Assembly (NCBI RefSeq): GCF_003966335.1
Contig: NZ_CP034549.1
Location: 2,190,001-2,222,000 of the forward strand
DNA length: 32,000 nucleotides
Direction of reading: 5' to 3'
From: Nonlabens ponticola
GTDB taxonomy: Bacteria > Bacteroidota > Bacteroidia > Flavobacteriales > Flavobacteriaceae
Part shown: piece after piece, positions 16,486-25,334 of the stretch
Layout: every line of letters starts with the position of its first letter
Position numbering within the stretch: the first letter of the stretch is position 1
Program-made: the position numbers and the translations under genes
Notes under the pieces: generated by a model
Told to the model about the DNA's origin: nothing
What the model saw: only the letters and a program-made list of their open reading frames with translations
Databases searched by the model: none

Positions 16486-16499
16486 GCTTTCGCGAAAGC
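16486..16499. repeat. Iterated palindrome, copy 3 (intergenic, 181 nt upstream of rpoD)
   Basis: Exact 14-mer. Context is TTTTGCTTTCGCGAAAGCGTAAC. Confidence 0.95.
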
Positions 16500-16679
16500 G
16501 TAACTAAACAAATAATGTGTAACATGATTGATGTAATTGCGACTAATAAATCGTAGCGAAAGTCGCACCACCACAAGGCTGAATAAGTGACAGAGCAAAG
16601 CTGTATGGTATGATTATTGCTACTCTTATTTTGGATCGCAAAAGCTGTCATCCACCCTTAATTAAACTTTATCATTTAA

Positions 16680-17543
16680 ATGAGACAACTCAAAATCACC
16701 AAGCAGGTAACTAATCGTGAGTCAAAATCACTTGACAAATACTTGCAGGACATCAGTAAGATAGACCTGATTACTGCAGAGGAAGAAGTGGAACTCGCGC
16801 AACGTATCAAAAAAGGTGATCAGAGAGCACTTGAGAGATTGACGACTGCAAACTTACGTTTTGTGGTTTCTGTTGCAAAGCAGTATCAAAATCAAGGGCT
16901 TAAATTACCCGATCTTATTAATGAAGGAAATGCCGGACTTGTAAAGGCTGCCAAAAGGTTTGATGAAACTCGCGGATTTAAATTCATATCATACGCTGTA
17001 TGGTGGATACGCCAGTCGATCTTACAGGCACTAGCAGAGCAGTCACGTATCGTGCGATTACCTCTTAATAAAATTGGTTCTATCAACAAGATTAATAAAG
17101 CATTTTCACACCTTGAGCAACTGCACGAGCGTCCACCATCGCCAGAAGAGCTAGCTAATGAGTTAGATATGACGGTAAGTGATGTGAAGCAATCGCTTAA
17201 AAATGCGGGACGTCACGTATCGATGGATGCACCTCTTAAAGAAGGTGAGACATCAAATCTATATGACGTTGTGCGCAGTGGTGAGTCACCTAATCCTGAT
17301 CGTGTATTGTTGCACGAGTCACTAACGCTAGAGATTACTCGCGCGCTGGAGACGCTTTCTCAAAAGGAGGCAGATGTGATCTCGCTATACTTCGGTATCG
17401 GGAACCAGCAGCCTATGAGTCTGGAAGAAATAGGTGAAACCTTTGACCTTACTCGTGAGCGCGTGCGCCAGATCAAGGAAAAAGGTATCAAGAGACTGCG
17501 TCAAAACAGCCGCAGTAAGATCTTGAAGTCTTACCTAGGATAA
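16680..17543 (+). CDS. rpoD: Primary RNA polymerase sigma factor (sigma-70 family, Bacteroidetes SigA)
   Basis: 287 aa with region 2 ([35 protein letters not shown]) and region 4.2 ([18 protein letters not shown]). Confidence 0.93.
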   Translation: MRQLKITKQVTNRESKSLDKYLQDISKIDLITAEEEVELAQRIKKGDQRALERLTTANLRFVVSVAKQYQNQGLKLPDLINEGNAGLVKAAKRFDETRGFKFISYAVWWIRQSILQALAEQSRIVRLPLNKIGSINKINKAFSHLEQLHERPPSPEELANELDMTVSDVKQSLKNAGRHVSMDAPLKEGETSNLYDVVRSGESPNPDRVLLHESLTLEITRALETLSQKEADVISLYFGIGNQQPMSLEEIGETFDLTRERVRQIKEKGIKRLRQNSRSKILKSYLG

Positions 17544-17570
17544 GCCTACATATTATAATTTTATTACTGA

Positions 17571-17594
17571 AGCGCCCGCAAGGGCGCTTTTTTA
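17571..17594 (+). terminator. Rho-independent terminator of rpoD
   Basis: AGCGCCC 17571..17577, loop GCAA, GGGCGCT 17582..17588, then T6. Confidence 0.8.
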
Positions 17595-17643
17595 ATTAGA
17601 TGATTTACCCAATCAAATGACAGTAATTATAGAAATCAGTATT

Positions 17644-17651
17644 TAGGTTTG
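17644..17651 (+). promoter_or_regulatory. Candidate -7 box (TAGGTTTG); a second match, TAGATTTG, lies at 17658..17665
   Basis: TAnnTTTG matches 27 and 13 nt upstream of the ATG at 17679. Confidence 0.3.
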
Positions 17652-17678
17652 TAGATATAGATTTGAAATAATTAGACT

Positions 17679-17924
17679 ATGAGCGGAAGAAAATATACCA
17701 ATCAACAACTGCGACGTCGCTATTGGATATTTGGCGGTTTGGGTACTGGAATTCTAGGTTTTGGATTAACATGCTTAATTGAAAGTGGGTTTTTAAAACA
17801 CGGCGAAGCAGAGTCATGGCAATGGATTACAGCAGGAACCCTATCTCTTGTCCTGATTATGACAGGTCTCAATCTTATGCTAGAATCTTTAGCATGCAAA
17901 TTGAAACTGCAGAACCATCTGTAG
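17679..17924 (+). CDS. Hypothetical small 2-TM membrane protein
   Basis: An 81-aa ORF with two hydrophobic helices (YWIFGGLGTGILGFGLTCLI, ITAGTLSLVLIMTGLNLML). Confidence 0.5.
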   Translation: MSGRKYTNQQLRRRYWIFGGLGTGILGFGLTCLIESGFLKHGEAESWQWITAGTLSLVLIMTGLNLMLESLACKLKLQNHL

Positions 17925-18041
17925 ATTTATGAATGTATGATATCATTGAAATCGCGGAATCATGCTCAAGTCTCCCTGAAAAAGGCCTACCTTAAAAAAG
18001 GTAATATAGATTGTAAATTTGACATTAGAAACCGAATATCC

Positions 18042-18470
18042 ATGAACCTAAAACAAGGAGACAAAGTACATCTTACCATACAAAATGAAACGCCGCTAGG
18101 ATACAACGTAATCATTGAAAATGAGCATGAAGGATTGCTATATCACGACGAGGTTTTTGAAGCCATAGAAGAAGGTATGGAAGGCATAGGTTTTATTAAA
18201 AATATAAGACCTGATGGCAAGATTGATATATCGATGCGACCGCAAGGATTTCTTAAGGTCATCGATGCAGACGTCAATACCATACTGCAACGTCTCAAGG
18301 ATAGCCCGAGTGGTTTCCTAATGGTGACTGACAAGAGCTCGCCAGACATTATAAGATCAGAGTTTGCCATGAGTAAAAAGGCATTTAAAAAAGCTATTGG
18401 ACATTTATACAGAGAGCGAATTATTGAAATTCAAAAGGATAGGATTGTCCTAGCTAATACTGTTACTTAA
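18042..18470 (+). CDS. S1-like RNA-binding protein with C-terminal winged helix (short CvfB/YitL-like)
   Basis: From the ATG at 18042 (MNLKQGDKVHLTIQNETPLGYNVIIENEHEGLLYHDEV), followed by GFIKNIRPDGKIDISMRPQG and KKAFKKAIGHLYRERIIE. The track start at 17937 is a possible but less likely extension. Confidence 0.6.
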   Translation: MNLKQGDKVHLTIQNETPLGYNVIIENEHEGLLYHDEVFEAIEEGMEGIGFIKNIRPDGKIDISMRPQGFLKVIDADVNTILQRLKDSPSGFLMVTDKSSPDIIRSEFAMSKKAFKKAIGHLYRERIIEIQKDRIVLANTVT

Positions 18471-18503
18471 ATAAGACAGAAACAGTACTTTTAAAATAAG
18501 AGT

Positions 18504-19118
18504 ATGCCAGGCGGAGGAAGCATGCAATCCATGATAACGATATTATCTAACAACAAAAAGTTGCTTAGATCAAAGCGTTATTTTCATAAAGAGAAATCTT
18601 TCCTGAATTACAAAAAGGAATATCTCAAAGCAGCTGGCGGCAAGTTGAAATTAGAACAGGCTTCTCAAGAAGAACTTCTGAAAATTAGAAAGAAGATTCT
18701 AGCCAATCGCAAACGTGAACGCAACATCTACCTTTTTGCGTCTTTATTAATCGCATGTATTTGTGTTTTTTCTGGTTACTGGATTTATAAAAATCAAGAC
18801 TCAATCAACAGCAATCAACAGACTATTATAGCTCAAGAAAAGCAACAAGAGGCTTTAAGATTTATCCAATATGGTGATGAATTCTACAGTGCTGGCAAAT
18901 GGAACAACGCGATCTATAATTATAAAAAGGCACGGCAAATGGTTCCAGCTGATTTTGATGTGAATTATCGATTAGTAAGAACCTATGCACTGCAATGCGA
19001 TCGTGAATTTATAAATTGTGCTGAGGCGAAGACTTTACTAGATAAAATGTACACGAAGTTTCCATCAAGAACCAGTCAACTTAATATTGTGAAGGAACAA
19101 TTATCCTATGAATATTAA
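18504..19118 (+). CDS. Hypothetical single-pass membrane protein with TPR-like C-terminus
   Basis: 204 aa with a basic N-terminal region, one TM helix (IYLFASLLIACICVFSGYWIY), then YGDEFYSAGKWNNAIYNYKKARQM. Confidence 0.6.
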   Translation: MPGGGSMQSMITILSNNKKLLRSKRYFHKEKSFLNYKKEYLKAAGGKLKLEQASQEELLKIRKKILANRKRERNIYLFASLLIACICVFSGYWIYKNQDSINSNQQTIIAQEKQQEALRFIQYGDEFYSAGKWNNAIYNYKKARQMVPADFDVNYRLVRTYALQCDREFINCAEAKTLLDKMYTKFPSRTSQLNIVKEQLSYEY

Positions 19119-19123
19119 TTTTG
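19116..19123 (+). promoter_or_regulatory. Candidate -7 box (TAATTTTG) for the CotH-family gene
   Basis: TAnnTTTG 59 nt upstream of the ATG at 19183, overlapping the end of the preceding ORF. Confidence 0.25.
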
Positions 19124-19182
19124 AAATTCATGGTACAATCCGTGACTTAGAATCTAGAAAAGAGCCACTACCCTATTTATTT

Positions 19183-20631
19183 ATGAAGCTACCACGATTA
19201 CTTACCTTTTTACTTGCTATAGTTATTACATCGCTCTGCACTGCTCAAACAGCAATGATCGAGCAAACGCTTGTCGTACCGCAAGGATATTTTCAAGTTG
19301 ATGAGGAACACCAGATTATACTGGCAAACATGCCAATAGCTGATATCAATGAACAAGTAAACTTTGTACTTCTAGAAGAAGATATTTACACGCTAGTAGA
19401 CACTCAAGAATCCATCAATACGAGAACGGCTTATGAGGTTACCAAAGAAGATGAAACCTACACGTTATTTTTCACCGCATTGCCTATTATAAGCATTGAA
19501 AGCAACTCCAGAATTGATGATGAGCCTAAAGTGCCGGCAACGCTACATTATGCCGATTCCACCCAACAATTCACCTCGTATATAGGTATAGAATTGCGTG
19601 GTAGATCGAGCCGTATCTATTCTAAAAAGACTTATGACCTAGAATTTTGGGAAGATGTTGCTGGTGATGATACTCGTGATGTCGCACTCGACGGATTGAG
19701 AGAAGATGACGATTATATTTTGGACGCCATTTATAATGAACCGTTGAGATTGCGCAGTCATATATCGCATCAACTATGGCTTGATCTCCACCAACCTTAT
19801 TACCTAGATCAAGAACCAGAAGCCAAGTCAGGTGCAGACGTAAGATTCGTCGAAGTGTTTTTAAACAACCAATATCAAGGTGTTTTCAATCTGTCTGAAC
19901 AAATCGACCGCAAACAACTAAAGCTTAAAAAGTTCAAGAAATCAAAGCAGGTCATCCGTGGTGAATTATTTCAGGGTGATAATTGGGGTGATGCAACCGT
20001 TCTATATAAAGCAACAGATTATGATAATGACAAGCGCGACTGGAACGGCTTTATCTTGAAGTATCCGCAGGATACGACAGACTGGAGCAATTTGCATCAA
20101 ATGGTTTCCACAGCGACAGCTAAGAATCAAGAATTATTTGAAGACAATATCTGGCAGCAATTTAATTACGATAACTTTATCGACTACTTCATTTTTGTCA
20201 ACGTGGTAAGAGCGACAGATAACACAGGAAAAAATATCTATGTTGCTCGATACGATAACGATCAGCCCTACTTCTATGTGCCATGGGATCTCGATGGTGT
20301 TTTTGGAACACAGTACTACGGGAAAGTAGATAATATCACAGATGATGTTCTTGGCAACTCTTTGCAAAATCGATTGATGCGTGAATCGTCATCAAAATTT
20401 AAGAAAGACCTTGAAACTCGCTGGAAAGAGTTGCGCAAGAATCTCTTATCAACGCCGAATCTTATCAAACTTTTTGAAGACAAGTATAATTACCTCAACG
20501 ATCATAAAATTTATGAGCGTGAATCAATGGTCCAGGAAGAATTTGACAGCCACCAATTACAGCTGGAATACATCAAAAGCTGGACAAATAGAAGAATGGA
20601 TTACCTAGATACCGTTTTTATTCAGAACTAA
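19183..20631 (+). CDS. CotH-family protein (atypical kinase fold), secreted
   Basis: The ATG at 19183 gives the signal peptide MKLPRLLTFLLAIVITSLCTAQ. Motifs include KKTYDLEFWE, LRSHISHQLW, GKNIYVARYD and YVPWDLDGVFG, as in the CotH family. Confidence 0.7.
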   Translation: MKLPRLLTFLLAIVITSLCTAQTAMIEQTLVVPQGYFQVDEEHQIILANMPIADINEQVNFVLLEEDIYTLVDTQESINTRTAYEVTKEDETYTLFFTALPIISIESNSRIDDEPKVPATLHYADSTQQFTSYIGIELRGRSSRIYSKKTYDLEFWEDVAGDDTRDVALDGLREDDDYILDAIYNEPLRLRSHISHQLWLDLHQPYYLDQEPEAKSGADVRFVEVFLNNQYQGVFNLSEQIDRKQLKLKKFKKSKQVIRGELFQGDNWGDATVLYKATDYDNDKRDWNGFILKYPQDTTDWSNLHQMVSTATAKNQELFEDNIWQQFNYDNFIDYFIFVNVVRATDNTGKNIYVARYDNDQPYFYVPWDLDGVFGTQYYGKVDNITDDVLGNSLQNRLMRESSSKFKKDLETRWKELRKNLLSTPNLIKLFEDKYNYLNDHKIYERESMVQEEFDSHQLQLEYIKSWTNRRMDYLDTVFIQN

Positions 20632-20638
20632 GTAATTA

Positions 20639-21415
20639 CTAGGCTAACTCTGGCGGCCTATATTCACGCAAGGATCGCTGCAGCTTCATGCGCTTCCATG
20701 ATTTTTTGTTGGTCATTTTATATAGCCATAGACTGCCCAGGTCAAGGGAAAAATAGAAAAAGCTGATTCCAGTAGGTGGATTTGCGCTAGGCAACCACTC
20801 AAAAGTATTGAATGCCGTGTCTGGCCAGTACCAGGCTTCATAGTTAGTTCCCACAATCTCTAACCACACCACTACTAGATACATGGAAAGGTAAAACAAA
20901 CGTTCTCTAGGAAATCGTTTTAAAATAAGCAGCACAGCCATACTCATTACAAAGCCAAAAACGTCTCGCATAAAAACCAGCCAAATAGCAGAATAAGCCA
21001 AAATAAATATTTGCAATACCTGCTCAAGAACGTCACGATGAATCTTTACAGCCTTAGTTTTTACAAATAACAAAACACTCGCGAGCACCACTGCATGACC
21101 CAATGGTATATAATGTGGCACATTGCCCAGTCGATAGGTGTACATACCTAAACCTTTTGAAAACAGGTATTCACCACCTATACCTATGATGACTGCAAAT
21201 ACCATCTGTATGCGCAGTCGCCTATTACATCGCCACATTTTTCTCGCTAGAGCTAGAACCAACATGAGCAAAGCGATCTCTTGCCCATATTCAAAATGCT
21301 GTGCCAAGTGTTTGCTGTCTAGATACAAACCCACGAGCATGAGTATGAACAGCTTGCCTAGCGTGCGGGTAAATGCTGGCGTTAGTCTAGCTTCCGTTAC
21401 AAAATTGATATTCAT
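20639..21415 (-). CDS. Hypothetical multi-pass membrane protein
   Basis: A 258-aa ORF with about 7 hydrophobic segments; no family recognised. Confidence 0.55.
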   Translation of the reverse strand: MNINFVTEARLTPAFTRTLGKLFILMLVGLYLDSKHLAQHFEYGQEIALLMLVLALARKMWRCNRRLRIQMVFAVIIGIGGEYLFSKGLGMYTYRLGNVPHYIPLGHAVVLASVLLFVKTKAVKIHRDVLEQVLQIFILAYSAIWLVFMRDVFGFVMSMAVLLILKRFPRERLFYLSMYLVVVWLEIVGTNYEAWYWPDTAFNTFEWLPSANPPTGISFFYFSLDLGSLWLYKMTNKKSWKRMKLQRSLREYRPPELA

Positions 21416-21429
21416 GAAACCAAATTAAA

Positions 21430-21457
21430 TAAAAAAGCCCGGCTATAAAGCCAGGCT
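21430..21457 (-). terminator. Rho-independent terminator of rpmE2
   Basis: The minus strand reads AGCCTGGC-TTTAT-AGCCGGGCT followed by T6: an 8-bp stem with one G-U pair. Confidence 0.6.
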
Positions 21458-21478
21458 GTATTTTGAAACGTCCTAGAA

Positions 21479-21730
21479 TTACTTCTTGAACTTCTTGTAT
21501 TTGTTCTTGAACTTGTCAATACGACCAGCAGTATCGATAAGTTTTGTCTGCCCAGTGTAAAAAGGGTGTGATGTTCTTGAGATCTCCAATTTGATAAGTG
21601 GATACTCTGTGCCATCAACATCGATAGTTTCTTTACTATTGGCGGTGGACTTTGTTATAAAAACCTCTTCGTTAGACATGTCTTTAAAAGCGACTAGTCT
21701 ATAATCCTGTGGGTGAATTTCTTTTTGCAT
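21479..21730 (-). CDS. rpmE2: 50S ribosomal protein L31, type B
   Basis: From the internal ATG at 21730: MQKEIHPQDYRLVAFKDMSNEEVFITKST...HPFYTGQTKLIDTAGRIDKFKNKY (83 aa). It lacks the CxxC zinc motif, so it is type B. The track's 109-aa version adds an implausible N-terminal extension. Confidence 0.9.
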   Translation of the reverse strand: MQKEIHPQDYRLVAFKDMSNEEVFITKSTANSKETIDVDGTEYPLIKLEISRTSHPFYTGQTKLIDTAGRIDKFKNKYKKFKK

Positions 21731-21757
21731 GATCGTGTACTTTATCTTTAGCGGCTG

Positions 21758-21765
21758 CAAATTTA
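21758..21765 (-). promoter_or_regulatory. Candidate -7 box (TAAATTTG) for rpmE2
   Basis: TAnnTTTG on the minus strand, 27 nt upstream of the ATG at 21730. Confidence 0.4.
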
Positions 21766-21844
21766 ACCTTTTTGCTACAATACACAATACTACAGCCTTA
21801 AAAATCAAACAAATCTCACCTCAACCGCTAGCAAAGTCCTTTAC

Positions 21845-21852
21845 TATATTTG
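21845..21852 (+). promoter_or_regulatory. Candidate -7 box (TATATTTG) for the DUF4199-GT2 operon
   Basis: TAnnTTTG 25 nt upstream of the TTG start at 21878. Confidence 0.4.
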
Positions 21853-21877
21853 CAACTTGTAATTTAACAACCATCCA

Positions 21878-22369
21878 TTGGATAACATAGTAAAGAAAAC
21901 GGCTGCAATTTACGGTATCATAGGCGCACTGATTACCATAGGTAGCTATGTTTATATCTGGCAAACCAGGGATTTCGACAACCTATCGATAGGCATTGGT
22001 TTATTAATTGTTCATTTGATTCTTGCCGTTGGCGCCCAGATTCACAGTAAGAAAAAGTTGGGTGGCTACCTTAGTTTAAAGCAGGCTGTGCTTGCCTTTG
22101 TGGCTTGTGCAGCGATCATGTTTTTATCTGAGGCTATTATAAATTACTTGATTTACGTGGTTTGGGATCCAGCGGCACAGGAACAAGTGGCTCAAATGAC
22201 CGCAGAGTTGGCTGAACAACGTCGAGCAAATTCAAATCAGGAAATTGAAGAAGCAACCATAGATTACACCATTGCTGGCTATGCACAGGCAGCCGTTTCA
22301 AAATTACTGATCTATACCGTTTTTGGTATCATTGCTGGACTCATCATTAAGAAAAACCCACCAGCCTAG
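21878..22369 (+). CDS. DUF4199-like membrane protein
   Basis: 163 aa with a TTG start and four hydrophobic helices. It sits immediately upstream of, and overlaps by 1 nt, a GT2 gene, as I recall for DUF4199 genes in Flavobacteriia. Confidence 0.6.
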   Translation: MDNIVKKTAAIYGIIGALITIGSYVYIWQTRDFDNLSIGIGLLIVHLILAVGAQIHSKKKLGGYLSLKQAVLAFVACAAIMFLSEAIINYLIYVVWDPAAQEQVAQMTAELAEQRRANSNQEIEEATIDYTIAGYAQAAVSKLLIYTVFGIIAGLIIKKNPPA

Positions 22370-23319
22370 TGGATCTATCCATCGTCATACCGCTACTCAA
22401 CGAGGCGCAATCACTACCTGAATTGCAGGAATGGATCGATCGCGTACTAGCCACCACGACGCTAGAATACGAGGTCATTTACATAGACGATGGCAGTACA
22501 GATGCAAGTTGGACATTTTTGAGTCAGCTTTCGCGAAAGCGTAACAACATATCAGCCATACAATTCCTTTCTAACTACGGTAAATCTCAAGCGCTACATG
22601 CAGGATTTGCTCGTGCGCAAGGCAATGTGGTCGTGACCATGGATGCAGATTTGCAGGACAGTCCAGAAGAGATTCCTGCACTTTATGATATGATCGCAAA
22701 CGACGGTTATGACCTGGTAAGTGGCTGGAAGAAGAAGCGTTACGACTCAGTCCTTTCTAAAAATTTACCAAGTAAATTATTCAATTGGGCAGCGCGAAGA
22801 ACTAGTGGTGTCAAGCTCAATGACTTTAATTGTGGTCTTAAGGCCTATCGAAAGGATGTGGTAAAAAATATCGACGTGCATGGCGAGATGCATAGGTATA
22901 TTCCTGTACTAGCGTCAAACGCTGGTTATACCAACATCACCCAAAAAGTCGTCCAGCATCAGGCTCGCAAATATGGTGAGACAAAATTTGGTTATGACAG
23001 GTTCATAAAAGGTTTTCTGGATCTGGTGACGATTGCTTTTATCTCAAGATTTGGTAAGCGTCCCATGCACTTGTTTGGTACAATTGGGTTTGTCATGTTT
23101 ATTTTGGGATTTGTGATTGCTGCCTACACAGGCGCTTCAAAACTCTACAAAATGGCAGCCGATTTACCGTATGAATTAGTGACACGCAATCCATGGTTTT
23201 ACATCGCATTGACTTCCATGATTTTGGGTAGTTTGTTCTTTATCGCTGGATTTTTAGGAGAATTGATCATTCGCACAGGACCCACTACAGACCGCTACAA
23301 AATAGCCGATAAACAGTAG
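22369..23319 (+). CDS. Family 2 glycosyltransferase (polyprenyl-phosphate glycosyltransferase type), core copy
   Basis: 316 aa with a GTG start. Motifs include LSIVIPLLNE, YIDDGSTD, NYGKSQAL, MDADLQDSPEE and two C-terminal TM helices. Confidence 0.85.
   Translation: MDLSIVIPLLNEAQSLPELQEWIDRVLATTTLEYEVIYIDDGSTDASWTFLSQLSRKRNNISAIQFLSNYGKSQALHAGFARAQGNVVVTMDADLQDSPEEIPALYDMIANDGYDLVSGWKKKRYDSVLSKNLPSKLFNWAARRTSGVKLNDFNCGLKAYRKDVVKNIDVHGEMHRYIPVLASNAGYTNITQKVVQHQARKYGETKFGYDRFIKGFLDLVTIAFISRFGKRPMHLFGTIGFVMFILGFVIAAYTGASKLYKMAADLPYELVTRNPWFYIALTSMILGSLFFIAGFLGELIIRTGPTTDRYKIADKQ
22527..22540. repeat. Iterated palindrome, copy 4 (inside the core GT2 gene)
   Basis: Exact 14-mer. Context is TCAGCTTTCGCGAAAGCGTAAC. 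It encodes QLSRKR. Confidence 0.95.
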
Positions 23320-23385
23320 CGTTTGACTACCATAATTGGCTTGTTTGTTATAGAACACTATCTTAGTTTTTCTAAATAACAGCAC

Positions 23386-25266
23386 ATGACCGCTAGGTTT
23401 TTTCTACTAAGTATCTTCTTCTCTATTTTTTCAACACACGCAAGCGCACAAAACCAATTTGAAATCGAGTTCCCTTATGGTAATGAACGCGGTATCGCAT
23501 GTCAAGTTTTTGAACAAGCATTCCAGAACAAGCCTAAGGAAACGTCATTTGTTATCAAGCGAGAATCCAACAAGCTATTTTTTGAGACTAACGATCCTAA
23601 ATGGTTCAAGCAATTATTTAAAAAATCTAAAGACGGTATCGCGGTAGATATAGTTTCAAAAGATCGTTATGCCTGTGAGACGAGTGTTGAGCCATCACAG
23701 ATTAAAGGAAAATTACTCAAACCAGTTTATGCCGGCGATCTTAAGCGAGGTTTGAAACCACATGAACAAAACCGCTATCGCGTCGAGGTAGGCACCATAC
23801 CTATCTCAATGCTCAAGAGTGATCTTGAATTCAACATCCTTTTTCTTAATAATAATAAGTTGTGTAAGTATTATACGATCTACAACCTAGAATCCTATCC
23901 TTGGGGTTTGCTGGATATGGGTGTTTATCTGGATTCCATTACCTATAAAAACGATAAGATTGTCACCCAAAACGAGCAAGCGGTTACTCGATACAAGACG
24001 CTGCAATTCATCATACCGTTTGAGAAAAATAAATCGGTTTATGACTCGTCAGACATCAAGCCATTGTACGATTCCTTGCGCCTGACAGATTTTAATATCA
24101 AGACCATTGATATAAAAGCCTATGCCAGTGTAGAAGGTAGCAAGCAGCGCAATATGGAATTGCAACAAGAGCGTGGCAGCAGTATTGCTGCTTCTCTACA
24201 ATCCTTTCAATCACCAGAAATTGAAACCAACATCACCACTTCTGAAAATTGGGTCGAGTTCTTCAATGATGTGAAAAATACCTCTTATGCTACCTTAACT
24301 TCTAAAAGCAAAGAGCAAATAAAAGCTGCACTGACTGGTTCTACCGCAAACGAATTAGAACCAATCCTAGCGCAACACCGCAAGGCAGTTGTGACCATGG
24401 AATTGGACAAAATTGATGTCTACAAAAACAAATCTATAAATGAGCTCACAAGTCTATTTAATACCAGCATCGCTACCGACGAGCTGGATGAAGCAAGAAT
24501 AATTCAAAATTCACTCCTAGAAAAAATTAGAATTGCGGCATCACCAGAATCGCTTGAAGGCATTGAGGTTCCCAACCAGAAGAAGTACATTGATTTCATG
24601 AATAAAAACTTGATGTATGACTACTTGATTGATGTGAGAAAATCACTGATCGTTTATAACAAACTGCAGGAACTAGAGAAACAAGATCCCAAAAACAAAA
24701 GAATTCAATACAACCTTGCGGTACTCAAATTCATCTTATGGCGCAATAACGCTCTTGATGTAAAACCACAGGACTTCAAGAAGGAAATCAAATCGTTGAC
24801 CAACTATGGTATCAATCCATCGCTGGTGGATCGCATGATGATCAATTATCACATCGTCAACGCAGAGCGTGAAATGCGCAAACGCAATTACAATGAAAAA
24901 GACAAGTCTGTACTCAATATCCTGAGCACCTACAACCGCGTACCGCTTACTGATCAAGATTACTTGAGTCTAGCTCAATTCTTGACATATTATGCCCAAA
25001 ATATGGAAGCAGTAAAACTACTAGCTCCACGCGTGCAGGAAATTACCATTGATGAAGATTTGCTGTTCTATTATTTAAACTTAACACTAATTGATAAGCG
25101 ACTCACTCAAACTAATGCGTATCGCACGATTCTATTGAACGCTTCAAACCTCAATCAAGAGCGCTTTTGTAAACTCTTCAATCCATCACTGGAAGGTGGT
25201 GTTACATTTCAGCTGCTAGAGGATGGTTACCTTAAGAATAGCTATTGTGAGAATTGCGTTAACTAG
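23386..25266 (+). CDS. Hypothetical secreted protein (626 aa)
   Basis: It has a signal peptide (MTARFFLLSIFFSIFSTHASAQ). A central segment, IKAYASVEGSKQRNMELQQERGSSIAASL, faintly resembles an OmpA-like motif. The C-terminal half is helical-repeat-like. Confidence 0.65.
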   Translation: MTARFFLLSIFFSIFSTHASAQNQFEIEFPYGNERGIACQVFEQAFQNKPKETSFVIKRESNKLFFETNDPKWFKQLFKKSKDGIAVDIVSKDRYACETSVEPSQIKGKLLKPVYAGDLKRGLKPHEQNRYRVEVGTIPISMLKSDLEFNILFLNNNKLCKYYTIYNLESYPWGLLDMGVYLDSITYKNDKIVTQNEQAVTRYKTLQFIIPFEKNKSVYDSSDIKPLYDSLRLTDFNIKTIDIKAYASVEGSKQRNMELQQERGSSIAASLQSFQSPEIETNITTSENWVEFFNDVKNTSYATLTSKSKEQIKAALTGSTANELEPILAQHRKAVVTMELDKIDVYKNKSINELTSLFNTSIATDELDEARIIQNSLLEKIRIAASPESLEGIEVPNQKKYIDFMNKNLMYDYLIDVRKSLIVYNKLQELEKQDPKNKRIQYNLAVLKFILWRNNALDVKPQDFKKEIKSLTNYGINPSLVDRMMINYHIVNAEREMRKRNYNEKDKSVLNILSTYNRVPLTDQDYLSLAQFLTYYAQNMEAVKLLAPRVQEITIDEDLLFYYLNLTLIDKRLTQTNAYRTILLNASNLNQERFCKLFNPSLEGGVTFQLLEDGYLKNSYCENCVN

Positions 25267-25303
25267 ATATAGTAGTGCAAATCATGTGACCATCATAAAT
25301 CAG

Positions 25304-25311
25304 TACCTTTG
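25304..25311 (+). promoter_or_regulatory. Candidate -7 box (TACCTTTG) for the pgm-ABC-rluA cluster
   Basis: TAnnTTTG 23 nt upstream of the ATG at 25335. Confidence 0.4.
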
Positions 25312-25334
25312 TAGACTATTTGACCTACAATTTT

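Noticed and set aside
16418-16651. A 77-aa minus-strand ORF in the rpoD upstream spacer
   Set aside because: It has no recognisable motif and an odd composition (Cys, Trp and Arg-rich ends). It spans the iterated palindrome and a hairpin, and has no promoter or start context. I treat it as non-coding.
13570-16679. Calling the AT-rich glycosylation island a mobile element or genomic island with defined ends
   Set aside because: No integrase, transposase, tRNA target, or flanking direct or inverted repeats were found. The compositional difference rests on spot counts only. It is reported as a finding rather than a mobile_element feature.
19108-21415. Identical MNINF N-termini (ATGAATATTAATTTTG versus ATGAATATCAATTTTG) of the ORFs starting at 19108 (+) and 21415 (-)
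   Set aside because: The first is probably not a real start (the real start is at 19183) and its sequence doubles as a -7-box-like TAATTTTG. A 15-nt AT-rich similarity is likely coincidental.
3606-22540. Apparent regular spacing of about 6.0-6.7 kb between the first four palindrome copies
   Set aside because: The later gaps are 4.1, 1.5 and 3.2 kb. With only seven points the regularity is not supportable.
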